Shown here in pieces: positions 43,695-52,666 of a stretch of DNA of 64,000 nucleotides. The first letter of the stretch is position 1, and every line of letters begins with the position of its first letter. The notes beneath the pieces were generated by a model, which searched no databases, was not told the DNA's origin, and was given only the letters and a program-made list of their open reading frames with translations. Made by a program: the position numbers and the translations under genes. The DNA comes from Salinivirgaceae bacterium (lineage in GTDB: Bacteria; Bacteroidota; Bacteroidia; Bacteroidales; SZUA-534), in NCBI GenBank assembly GCA_024405635.1, contig JAKSOL010000007.1, forward strand, positions 32,001 through 96,000, written 5' to 3'.

Positions 43695-45296
43695 TTGGTC
43701 AATGCTAATAAATACACAACAGAATTGAAACGTCAACATTTTTCGGGATTGATTGTACTTATGATTCTTTCGCTAGTGGGGATTATAATGGTGCAAGTTT
43801 TTTGGATAAAACAAGCAATGAGTGTTCGTGACGAGCAGTTTGCTCAACATGTAAATTGGGCATTGTCTCGAGCATCTTATCGCATTGAACGAAACCAAAA
43901 CTTGTTGTATATAAATCATATAGCGCGTCATGCAGTTAGTCATCCTCATAATCGCGAGGAGTCTTTAATTATGACGTTAAATGATTTTGCCGATAATAGT
44001 CAACCTATTGAACTAACAATAAACGACAAAAAAATGCATGTTACGCACCATAAAAATGGGCTAAATACCGTAACAATGCAGTTCGACACCGTGATAAACA
44101 ATGGAAATTACTCGCAAAACATAAAAACATACACATCAGTTACTCAAGGTGTCGACGATGAAATTGACGATAATAGAGTAGATATTGAAAAACTGATGAA
44201 CCAAATGGCCTATGAAATGGAAATGGGGCAGAATCCTGCTAATTATTTGGAACTATCAGTTGTAAAATCGGCATTGGCATACGAACTACGAAATGTTGGA
44301 CTTGATGCTCCGTTTGAGTTTGCGGTTACTAGCGATGGAAAACCTATGCAAAACCTATCAAGCAAAGGTTTTCGAAATTCGTATCTAAAACACGCATATC
44401 GCACCAATTTGTTCCCAAACGAGATTTTTGCGCATTCAAACCAATTGGTTGTCTTTTTCCCTAATCGATTACAATCAATACTTCGTAAAATATTGTTGCC
44501 AATAGCAGCATCGGTACTATTTGCACTAATAATACTTATAACATTTGGCGTTACGTTGCGAATGATGATTAACCAAAAACGAACTACCGAGGTCAAAACT
44601 GACTTTATGAACAACATGACGCATGAATTTAAAACACCATTGGCTACTATTCAATTAGCAGCCGATTCAATATCGTCGCCAGGTGTGATAACCGAACCTG
44701 AAAAAATTCAACGTTTTATACAAATTATAAAGGAAGAAAACCGAAGAATGAATCGCCAAGTTGAGAGCGTGTTGCAAATGTCGTTACTTGACAAAAAAGA
44801 TTTTAATCTTAACTTGCAACCTGCTCATATAGAACCAATTGTGGCAAAGGCAGTAAATAACTTTGGCCTTCAGATTGAAAAACGAAATGGCACCATAACA
44901 TTTACCAATATGGCCGAAAACGATTGTTCGCGCATAGATGTGAATCACTTTGCAAATGTGATTTATAACCTTATTGACAATGCAAACAAGTACACTATTG
45001 ATACTGAACCGCATATTGAAGTGCTAATGCGCAATGTGGGAAAGCACTTGTTTATTGAGGTGAAAGACAATGGAATAGGAATGGATAGAGAAACTCAAGA
45101 AAAGATTTTTGAGAAATTTTATCGCCATCCAACTGGCGACGTACATACTGTAAAAGGTTTTGGGTTGGGCTTGAGTTATGCCAAGATAATTGTAATGTCG
45201 TGTAAAGGCGAAATACGCGTATCGAGCCAAAAAGGCGAGGGTAGTACATTTGAAATATGCTTGCCTACAATTGAATCGTATGAAGTTGAAAATTAA
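43695..45296 (+). CDS. Sensor histidine kinase (RprX-like); true start may be the TTG at 43725
   Basis: NNMTHEFKTPL H-box, NLIDNANKY, DNGIG, KGFGLGLS. Confidence 0.9.
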   Translation: MVNANKYTTELKRQHFSGLIVLMILSLVGIIMVQVFWIKQAMSVRDEQFAQHVNWALSRASYRIERNQNLLYINHIARHAVSHPHNREESLIMTLNDFADNSQPIELTINDKKMHVTHHKNGLNTVTMQFDTVINNGNYSQNIKTYTSVTQGVDDEIDDNRVDIEKLMNQMAYEMEMGQNPANYLELSVVKSALAYELRNVGLDAPFEFAVTSDGKPMQNLSSKGFRNSYLKHAYRTNLFPNEIFAHSNQLVVFFPNRLQSILRKILLPIAASVLFALIILITFGVTLRMMINQKRTTEVKTDFMNNMTHEFKTPLATIQLAADSISSPGVITEPEKIQRFIQIIKEENRRMNRQVESVLQMSLLDKKDFNLNLQPAHIEPIVAKAVNNFGLQIEKRNGTITFTNMAENDCSRIDVNHFANVIYNLIDNANKYTIDTEPHIEVLMRNVGKHLFIEVKDNGIGMDRETQEKIFEKFYRHPTGDVHTVKGFGLGLSYAKIIVMSCKGEIRVSSQKGEGSTFEICLPTIESYEVEN

Positions 45297-45307
45297 TTAG
45301 TTGCAAT

Positions 45308-46009
45308 ATGACAAAAAAACATATCCTTTTAGTTGAAGATGATTTGAACTTTGGTTCAGTAATGAAATCGTTTCTTGAAATGAACGATTTATATGTCGAT
45401 TGGGTTGATGATGGCCAAAACGCTATTGATACGTTTAAAAAAGGTTTCTATGATCTTTGCATACTTGATGTAATGTTGCCACATGTTGATGGTTTTACCA
45501 TTGGTACGCAGATTAAGCAAACGAAACCAGCTATGCCTATCATTTATCTTACGGCTAAAAACATGAAAGAGGATATTATTAAAGGTTTTAAGATTGGTGC
45601 TGACGATTATATTACTAAACCATTTGACTCTGAGGTTCTTATATATAAAATAAAAGCCATTTTAAAACGTAATCCGTTTTCGCCAGCCGAGGCCGAACGT
45701 AACGATACCACTGTGAATATTGGTAGGTTTGTGTTTAACTTTCGCGATCGCTCGCTTACATTTGAAGATGGCACACAAAGCAAATTGTCGCCCAAAGAGG
45801 CTGATTTGCTCTTCTTTTTGCACCAAAATGTAAATAATGTTCTTGATCGCAATTACACGCTTGAAAAAATATGGGGCGAAACTGGATATTTTACAGCTCG
45901 CAGTATGGATGTTTTTATTACTCGTTTGCGTAAGTTGCTAAAAGCCGACGAGAATATTGAAATATCAAACGTACACGGTAGTGGCTACATTCTGAAAGTT
46001 AAGGAGTAG
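45308..46009 (+). CDS. OmpR-family response regulator (RprY-like)
   Basis: LLVEDD, LDVMLP, GADDYITKPF, RSMDVFITRLRK. Confidence 0.92.
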   Translation: MTKKHILLVEDDLNFGSVMKSFLEMNDLYVDWVDDGQNAIDTFKKGFYDLCILDVMLPHVDGFTIGTQIKQTKPAMPIIYLTAKNMKEDIIKGFKIGADDYITKPFDSEVLIYKIKAILKRNPFSPAEAERNDTTVNIGRFVFNFRDRSLTFEDGTQSKLSPKEADLLFFLHQNVNNVLDRNYTLEKIWGETGYFTARSMDVFITRLRKLLKADENIEISNVHGSGYILKVKE

Positions 46010-46044
46010 CGTCATTTGCTTATTTATTGCAACCAGTTGAAAAC

Positions 46045-46078
46045 AAAAAGGGAATTCACAATGTGAACTCCCTTTTTT
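46045..46078. terminator. Bidirectional terminator
   Basis: AAAAGGGAATTCAC...GTGAACTCCCTTTT between convergent genes. Confidence 0.65.
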
Positions 46079-46096
46079 ATTGATAGTTTATTTTGC

Positions 46097-46777
46097 TTAT
46101 TCAGCAACGTTCAAACTTGCTGCTTTTTCAGGCATATCAAGTGTTGTGTAAATGTTTTGAAGACCTTTAACAACGTTTTTGTTTGTTGGGTCGTACTCGT
46201 ATGCTTTTTCAAACAAAGGCAAAGCTTCTTGGAATTTAGCATCAGCTTTAGCATATTCTGCTTTAAATTTATCAGGGTCGCTAGTGTTCATGCCACTTTC
46301 GTTAGCTGCTTTTTTAATGCTATTTGCTTCGTTGTACAATGGCATAGCTTTCTTTTGATAGCAACTACCAATAAGTTTTTTCATTGAAGCATCGTCAGGG
46401 AATTTGCCCAAACCTGCATTAAGGGTTTCAATTGCACCATCAACATCTTTGGTGTCCATTTGAATTTTGCCAAGTTGTTGGTACGATTTGTCAACCTTAT
46501 AATCGGCCTCAATCGATTTGCGGAACAAAGCTATAGCTTCGTCGTTCATTTTTGCTTTAGCAGCGCAGTAAGCCGCGTTGTAGTTAATGTTTTTGTCAAG
46601 TTCTTTGCCATTTTTTTCGTTATCGGCAAGTACTTGAGTGTAAAGTTCGTATGCTTTTTTGTAGTCTTTGTTGCGATAAGCTTCGTTGCCGCTGTTTGTT
46701 GCTTCAACTACATCAAAATCTTGCGCTTGCACTGTCATTGCGAAGGCCAAAAGCGCCAAGGTGAATAAATTTTTCAT
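46097..46777 (-). CDS. Secreted tetratricopeptide-repeat protein
   Basis: Signal peptide plus repeated TPR-like helices. Confidence 0.8.
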   Translation of the reverse strand: MKNLFTLALLAFAMTVQAQDFDVVEATNSGNEAYRNKDYKKAYELYTQVLADNEKNGKELDKNINYNAAYCAAKAKMNDEAIALFRKSIEADYKVDKSYQQLGKIQMDTKDVDGAIETLNAGLGKFPDDASMKKLIGSCYQKKAMPLYNEANSIKKAANESGMNTSDPDKFKAEYAKADAKFQEALPLFEKAYEYDPTNKNVVKGLQNIYTTLDMPEKAASLNVAE

Positions 46778-46805
46778 AATACTAATGGTTTTAAAGGTTT
46801 ATGTT

Positions 46806-47672
46806 TTATCCAAATACAATAGTCTTGTTGTTGTATACCAATATGCGGCGTTGAATGTGATAGCGAATGGCTCGCGATAGCACAATTTTTTCAAGGTCTC
46901 GACCTTTCAACACTAGCGAGTCAATTGTGTCGCGGTGTGTAATGCGAGTAACATCTTGTTCAATTATTGGACCTTCGTCAAGGTCGGTGGTTACGTAATG
47001 CGAAGTTGCACCAATAATTTTTACACCGCGTTTAAATGCTGCATGGTATGGTTTTGCGCCAGTGAATGCTGGCAAAAACGAGTGGTGTATATTGATGATT
47101 TTGTTTGGGTAGTGGTTTATAAAATCTTCTGACACTACTTGCATGTAACGAGCTAAAACAACAAATGATATGTCGTTGTCTTCCAATAATTTAAGCTCTT
47201 TTGCTTCTTGTTCTGCTTTATTTTCTTTAGTGATAGGAAAACAATAGTAAGGTATGCCAAATTGCTCAACAACTTTACGCATGTCTTCGTGATTGCTTAT
47301 AACCAATGGAATTTCAACTTCCCATTCTTTTGATTGGTATCGAGCCAAAATATCGAACAAGCAGTGGTCCATTTTTGATACAAACAACGCCATGCGAGGT
47401 TTGTCTTCCGATAGGTATATTTTAAACTCCATATCGTACGATGATGCGATAAGAGTTTGGAAATAGTCTTGAATCTTGTTTTTAGGAATAATAAATTCGC
47501 TTAAATCCCACTGAATGCGCATAAAAAACTGCCCATCTTCGTGGTCAACGTGCTGGTCAAGCTGAAGTATGTTTCCGTGGTTATTTTGAATAAACTCTGT
47601 AACCTTGGCTACAATTCCGCGTTGGTCGCGGCAGTGCATCAATATGGTTGCAGTGCTAACAGTAGTGTTCAT
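46806..47672 (-). CDS. purU: Formyltetrahydrofolate deformylase
   Basis: ACT domain, VLARYMQV, INIHHSFLPAF, DEGPIIEQD. Confidence 0.95.
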   Translation of the reverse strand: MNTTVSTATILMHCRDQRGIVAKVTEFIQNNHGNILQLDQHVDHEDGQFFMRIQWDLSEFIIPKNKIQDYFQTLIASSYDMEFKIYLSEDKPRMALFVSKMDHCLFDILARYQSKEWEVEIPLVISNHEDMRKVVEQFGIPYYCFPITKENKAEQEAKELKLLEDNDISFVVLARYMQVVSEDFINHYPNKIINIHHSFLPAFTGAKPYHAAFKRGVKIIGATSHYVTTDLDEGPIIEQDVTRITHRDTIDSLVLKGRDLEKIVLSRAIRYHIQRRILVYNNKTIVFG

Positions 47673-47796
47673 TGTATATACTTTTTTTGAAAAACAGTGC
47701 CAAATGTATAAAAAACCTTACTTGCACAAAAATAATACGCGGGACTTTTTAGATAGCTGAGGATGCTGAGTCAAATAACAAGAACGAAAGTGTTAC

Positions 47797-47831
47797 GTAT
47801 TATATAATGCTCAATCTAAGACAAGTAAAAC
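47797..47831. repeat. Repeat 1 (trailer, degenerate)
   Basis: GTATTATATAATGCTCAATCTAAGACAAGTAAAAC, 4 mismatches to consensus. Confidence 0.85.
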
Positions 47832-47875
47832 CATATCTACTCTTATCAACGGAAATGGACTAAAATGATGTGGAA

Positions 47876-48121
47876 TGTCTACTTTTGTAAAACTAAAACG
47901 CAGAAAAACAACGCCGATGTCTACTTCGGTAAATTATTAATTCAATAAAAAATTTTCTGTGTCTACTTTTTTGAGCTGGTACAAATTTTTTGGTCCAATG
48001 TTTTCATTACCGTCATTTTGATATCAATTTTCGAAAAAAGTTACTGTCATTTTGAGTAGATTTTCCAATATTTTTACCGTCATTTTGAAACTAAATCATA
48101 ATATTTGTACCGTCATTTTGA
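47876..48121 (+). repeat. Periodic short direct repeats upstream of the ATPase gene
   Basis: TGTCTACT at 47876/47918/47960 (42-bp period); TAC(C/T)GTCATTTTGA at 48008/48042/48075/48108 (33-34-bp period). Confidence 0.75.
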
Positions 48122-48139
48122 GCTCAATACTTATTTATC

Positions 48140-49486
48140 ATGGCCGAAATATATCAAAGAGAGGCATTGCAAAGCCTCAGGGAATGGAAGGAAAAGGCTG
48201 AACGCAAACCACTTATATTAAGAGGTCCGCGTCAGGTTGGGAAAACTACACTCGTGGATATTTTCTCAAAGGATTTTGAATCGTACGTTTACCTAAACCT
48301 TGAAATCGAGGAAAACGCAAAACTATTCGATACGAGCAAAAACATAAACGAGCTAATAACCTCGATATTTTTCATTGGCGGGCAAAAGATCAACAAGACA
48401 AGCAGCCTACTTTTCATCGACGAGATACAGAACTCGGCACAGGCTGTTATGATGCTGAGATATTTCTACGAGCAGGCTCCATGGCTTTATGTAATATCAG
48501 CAGGCTCACTATTGGAAAACCTTGAAAAAAGGAATATCTCATTCCCTGTGGGCAGAGTGGAATATATGGCTTTGCGTCCATTCTCGTTCAAGGAATATGC
48601 GTGGGCAAATCTAGGCGAGGATGTCTACAACGCCATCAACTCCGTATCCATACCAGAGGCTTATCACAGCAAGCTGATAAAGGAATTCAACACATACACA
48701 TTGATAGGCGGCATGCCAGAAGTGGTATCCAACTTCATAAAATACAAAGATATTCTGAAACTGAACGAGATATACGACACCCTGCTGACCGCGTATCGTG
48801 ATGACATAGAGAAATACGCTCCAAGAGAGAGCATAACCAAGGCAATGCGTTACATAATGGAACACGGTTTCCCATACGCGTCGCAGGAAATAGTATTGGG
48901 AGGCTTTGCAGGATCGGCTTACAAGTCAAGGGAAATCGGAGAGGCATTCTCGCTGCTATCAAAATCGATGCTAACAGAACTTGTGTATCCATCCACGTCA
49001 ACCGAGATACCGGCTCCTCCAGATATGAAGCGCAGACCCAAACTAATGTGGCTCGATACAGGAATAGTAAACTACGCCTCTGGCCTTAGGAAAGAGATAC
49101 TTGGCGCCAATGATATTCTCGACGTTTACAAAGGTAAGATTGCGGAACACATTGTAGGCCAGGAAATAATATCGACCGACAGCAGATGCTCTTTCCGAAG
49201 AAGCTACTGGGTAAGAAACAAACAAGGCTCTGACGCAGAAATGGATTTCACCTTACAGAAAGACAACAAGATGATCCCAATAGAAGTAAAAGCAGGAACC
49301 AACGCACACTTAAAATCGCTTCACATCTATATGGAAGAATCAGATCAGAATGTAGCCATCAGAATTTGGTCGAACCCGATGCAAATAGATGACATAAAAA
49401 CTCCGAAAGGCAAAACTTTCAAACTGATTAACCTGCCTTTCTACTATGTGAGCAAGATAAACGAGATTTTGGAAAAGGAGATATAA
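48140..49486 (+). CDS. AAA+ ATPase with DUF4143-type C-terminal domain (complete gene inside spacer 1)
   Basis: LRGPRQVGKTT Walker A, LFIDEIQ Walker B, GGMPEVV, EMDF...IPIEVKAG; AGA/ATA-rich codons unlike host genes. Confidence 0.9.
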   Translation: MAEIYQREALQSLREWKEKAERKPLILRGPRQVGKTTLVDIFSKDFESYVYLNLEIEENAKLFDTSKNINELITSIFFIGGQKINKTSSLLFIDEIQNSAQAVMMLRYFYEQAPWLYVISAGSLLENLEKRNISFPVGRVEYMALRPFSFKEYAWANLGEDVYNAINSVSIPEAYHSKLIKEFNTYTLIGGMPEVVSNFIKYKDILKLNEIYDTLLTAYRDDIEKYAPRESITKAMRYIMEHGFPYASQEIVLGGFAGSAYKSREIGEAFSLLSKSMLTELVYPSTSTEIPAPPDMKRRPKLMWLDTGIVNYASGLRKEILGANDILDVYKGKIAEHIVGQEIISTDSRCSFRRSYWVRNKQGSDAEMDFTLQKDNKMIPIEVKAGTNAHLKSLHIYMEESDQNVAIRIWSNPMQIDDIKTPKGKTFKLINLPFYYVSKINEILEKEI

Positions 49487-49494
49487 GAAAAAAA

Positions 49495-49547
49495 TCGGAG
49501 TTTTAGCGGAATCTATCTAAAAAGGGCACATTCCGCTAAAACTCCGA
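49495..49547. repeat. 18-bp perfect inverted repeat (terminator/REP-like)
   Basis: TCGGAGTTTTAGCGGAAT-17 nt-ATTCCGCTAAAACTCCGA just after the ATPase stop. Confidence 0.7.
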
Positions 49548-49705
49548 AAGGCAAATTTTTAATTATTTATCTGATATTGTGAAAATTAGGCTATGTTCTC
49601 AGCAAAATGAGGTAGGGCGTTTTTAGGGATTTTAGGGGAAGTTCGAAAAGGTGAATAACCTGCCTTTCTGGTATACGAGCAAGATTTATGTATCGTGATA
49701 CATAA

Positions 49706-49740
49706 GTTTTACATAATGCTCAATCTAAGACAAGTAAAAC
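49706..49740. repeat. Repeat 2 (variant)
   Basis: GTTTTACATAATGCTCAATCTAAGACAAGTAAAAC, 2 mismatches, both shared with repeat 1. Confidence 0.9.
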
Positions 49741-49974
49741 ATAAGCCATACCCAAATCGCCTTCGTCGATTATTATATTTTTCAATTGTTCGCCTGTAAT
49801 ACGACGTGTTTGCAAAGTTTCCCAACCAAACGGCAGTGTGCCGTCGTTGTTGGCTTGAATGTAGTTCACAGCCTTAACATTAAGATCAGTTCTTGTTTCT
49901 GCTTCGATACAGAAGTAAACATTTTCGTCGCCTTTTATACGAAAAAAATGTCGTTGAATGTCTATTAGTTTCAT
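49741..49974 (-). pseudogene. Hypothetical gene, 3'-truncated by repeat 2 (spacer 2)
   Basis: ORF MKLIDIQRHFF... runs into the repeat and only stops inside it (VLLVLD*). Confidence 0.6.
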
Positions 49975-50004
49975 AATTCTTGTTTTTATGTATTGTTTAG
50001 TTAG

Positions 50005-50193
50005 TTATTTGTTTATTTTTGCATCGAGTTCAGCGTCTTTATCGCTAAACAATGAATTGGCTTCCAACAGCGAGAGCAATTGTAGCTCTCCCATCGCGGA
50101 TAGCCAATTTTTAATTTTACGACTATCGTAATACCACACATTGTTAGTAGCAATAGATTGCTCTATTTTAGTACATATTTTATTGTCATTTTG
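50005..50193 (-). pseudogene. 3' end of a hypothetical gene, 5'-truncated by repeat 3 (spacer 2)
   Basis: 63 open codons QNDNKICTKIEQ...DAKINK* beginning at the repeat edge with no start codon there. Confidence 0.55.
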
Positions 50194-50194
50194 A

Positions 50195-50229
50195 GTTTTA
50201 CATAATGCTCAAACTCAGACAAGTAAAAC
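50195..50229. repeat. Repeat 3
   Basis: Exact consensus. Confidence 0.95.
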
Positions 50230-50285
50230 TAATACAGAACAAGTACAACGAACTTGTTAACCGCATGCAGGCGGTGGTCTTTTAG
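50230..50285 (+). pseudogene. 3' end of a HicB-like antitoxin gene (spacer 3)
   Basis: Encodes IQNKYNELVNRMQAVVF*, identical to the C-terminus of 52667-53062. Confidence 0.75.
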
Positions 50286-50438
50286 GACTTAATCAACATT
50301 AAGGCGGTGCTGCATTCACCGCTTTTTTTTTGCTTTTAAAAAAAATTTTGTAATTTTGTAGTGCTTTATAAGCATCCCTGGACTCGCTCCGAGATTGGGT
50401 TTGTGTCGAAAGGCTCATACCACCAAAGCCTAACAGTG

Positions 50439-50681
50439 TTAGGCTTTTTTTGTTAATGACGAGTTTGTTTTGATGACATTATAGCCGTCGTCAAAGTAAT
50501 AATATACCTTTATTTTATCTATATGCCACAAATTGTACAATGCGTTGATAGCCTTATCTGTATCAATACCTCTTTCTAAGCATTGCAACACGATTTCAGC
50601 CTTTTGATGATTTATGGCATAACGTGCTTTTTTTTCAATATTACCAGTTCCTTTGGTTTGTTTCAAATCTGCTGGAATGCC
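50439..50681 (-). pseudogene. C-terminal fragment of a CdiA-C-like PD-(D/E)XK nuclease (spacer 3)
   Basis: GIPADLKQTKGTGNIEKKARYA...; homologous to 51989-52488; cut by repeat 4. Confidence 0.65.
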
Positions 50682-50716
50682 GTTTTACATAATGCTCAAA
50701 CTCAGACAAGTAAAAC
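50682..50716. repeat. Repeat 4
   Basis: Exact consensus. Confidence 0.95.
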
Positions 50717-51128
50717 TTACAATACCCTTTACAGTGATGTTTTTTATGGTTGCACCGCTCGAATACCCGAATAATCCGATACTGCGTGTTTCAGCCGAAC
50801 TGTCAGCAACATTCATATTCGAAATGGTGTGGTTGTTGCCGTCAAAAACACCTTTAAACGGATTCCTTGCCTCGCCAATGCTAAACCACGGTTGATTGTT
50901 CAGGTCGATGTCCGCAATAAGTTTATAGTGCAAAGTATCAAATCCCTGTGTTCCGGCACTAACAACATACGACATAAACGCCAGTTCGTTAGCGGTTCCA
51001 ATAATATATGGCGACTCTTTGCTGCCATCACCTTCTGTGAATTCTTCCATGGCGCCTTCCCATGCGTCTGCCGCATGAGTGTTAATCACCGCCAACACCA
51101 TGACGATGCTAATGAATGTAATCTTTCT
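50717..51128 (-). pseudogene. N-terminal fragment of a secreted GLUG-type surface protein (whole of spacer 4)
   Basis: Frame is open across the entire spacer: signal-peptide-like RKITFISIVMVLAVINTHA, GDGSKESPYII, YKLIADIDL, FKGVFDGNNHTISN, GLFG. Confidence 0.7.
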
Positions 51129-51163
51129 GTTTTACATAATGCTCAAACTCAGACAAGTAAAAC
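51129..51163. repeat. Repeat 5
   Basis: Exact consensus. Confidence 0.95.
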
Positions 51164-51358
51164 TTTTAGATGTTTCAAATCGGAGGGCGAGAATTTGCCC
51201 ACCTCCGCCTTGTAAGTAACACGTGTTATTTTGCCGTTCTTTACGTAAAAAGAAACTTTTACTACATTGCCGTTCTTTACAGCGTGAACGTGAATGGGTT
51301 TGTGTTCGCCAGAATAGAACAAAATTTTTATTCCAAGATATTCGTATATTACAGGCAT
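51164..51358 (-). pseudogene. DUF4160-like (HicA-fold, putative toxin) gene, 3'-truncated by repeat 5
   Basis: MPVIYEYLGIKILFYSGEHKPIHVHA motif; the stop codon is supplied by the repeat. Confidence 0.7.
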
Positions 51359-51376
51359 AAATTAAAACTCCTTATA

Positions 51377-51697
51377 ATGATTATTTGTAATTCCCACGAA
51401 AGGCTTACTACTACTAAACGTTGCACAACAATGTGCATTAACAAGATTATTGCCGATTGTAAAGCATTTAAGATTGGCAAAACTGGCGACCCTCAAAGCA
51501 GGGCGGCCAATTATGGCGATTTTGACAAAATGTATCTTTTGGTTCAAAGCAAAAATTCGCTTCTGATTGATAGGCTTGAAGGCTACTATACCCAAAAGTA
51601 TTACGGCCATAAAAAAAATATGAATATAAACAGAGGTTCTGCGGCTGTTATGGCTTCTTCTCATAGGACTTACTATTTATATATTGTTGTCAAATAG
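51377..51697 (+). CDS. Hypothetical protein, possibly GIY-YIG-like (spacer 5)
   Basis: FKIGKTGDPQSR motif and a downstream LE resemble GIY-YIG nuclease cores; start uncertain (51377 or 51431). Confidence 0.45.
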   Translation: MIICNSHERLTTTKRCTTMCINKIIADCKAFKIGKTGDPQSRAANYGDFDKMYLLVQSKNSLLIDRLEGYYTQKYYGHKKNMNINRGSAAVMASSHRTYYLYIVVK

Positions 51698-51946
51698 GCC
51701 ATTATACATACTTAACGGATTTATGTCTGCTCCGTTGTCCCAAGTAACAATGCCGTCAACTACGCCAACTTTGGCAAATAATTCTTTGTCGATTAAGGCC
51801 TTAAAAACTGGGAAATAGCCTTTTTGTATGTTGTTTTTTAGATAGCATATTTTTTCTGTGCCATCATAAAATTGCACTTGTAAGGCATATTCGTCTATGT
51901 TATATACTTTAACCGACTTCACATCAAAAAAGGCTTTTTCCTTCAT
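51677..51946 (-). CDS. DUF2442-like putative antitoxin (complete, spacer 5)
   Basis: LQVQFYDG, VFKALID..LF, IVTWDNGADINP. Confidence 0.75.
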   Translation of the reverse strand: MKEKAFFDVKSVKVYNIDEYALQVQFYDGTEKICYLKNNIQKGYFPVFKALIDKELFAKVGVVDGIVTWDNGADINPLSMYNGLFDNNI

Positions 51947-51953
51947 TGTTTTG

Positions 51954-51988
51954 GTTTTACATAATGCTCAAACTCAGACAAGTAAAAC
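51954..51988. repeat. Repeat 6
   Basis: Exact consensus. Confidence 0.95.
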
Positions 51989-52488
51989 ACGATATTAGCA
52001 ATATTAGTGAGTTGGCTGAAAATCGTGCAGAGTTCATGGCGTATGCGACAAATCCTGATTATACATCTACGTTCGACACTGGCAGCGGTGGTTTCTTGGC
52101 TAAACATAACTCACGAATACCTAACGACTCAACGTCAAAGAACGATATAGAGAAGTATGAGAAAGAAATAAGAATGTGCGATGTATTCGTAAAGGCTGGG
52201 CACAAGATTGTTTACAAAGAAGATGTCCAAGGGGAGTATGATGTGTTATTTGACGGAATTCCAGCAGATTTGAAACAAACCAAAGGAACTGGTAATATCG
52301 AGAAATACGCAAGGTACGCCGTGAAGAGTCAGAAAGCAAAAATGGTGCTTTTTTGTTTGGAAAAGGACATAAATAGAAACAAAGCGGAGGAGGCACTAAG
52401 AGCGTTGTATATAGTAGATAAAATCAAAGTGTTGTATTATTATGAGGACAATACGAATGTTGTTTTGTCTAATAAATCACTTCTATAA
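51989..52488 (+). pseudogene. C-terminal CdiA-C-like PD-(D/E)XK nuclease domain (MuF/polymorphic-toxin type), 5'-truncated, in frame with the ATG inside repeat 6
   Basis: E...YDVLFDGIPADLK...KSQKA pattern; the ORF-track N-terminus MLKLRQVK is repeat-encoded. Confidence 0.6.
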
Positions 52489-52666
52489 AATAGAAAAGCC
52501 CAACAATAACATTGTCAGGCTTTTAGTGGTACGAGTCTTTCGACACGTACCCTATCTCGGGGCTAACCCAGGGACTGCCATTTAAGACACTACAAAATTA
52601 CAAAATTTTTTATAAAAGCAAAAGAAAAAGCGGTGAATGCAGCACCGCCTTAATGTTGATTAAGTC

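Noticed and set aside
47700-47796. Possible tracrRNA/anti-repeat beyond the trailer (TTACTTG match) or upstream of cas1
   Set aside because: Only about 7 nt of complementarity, which is expected by chance.
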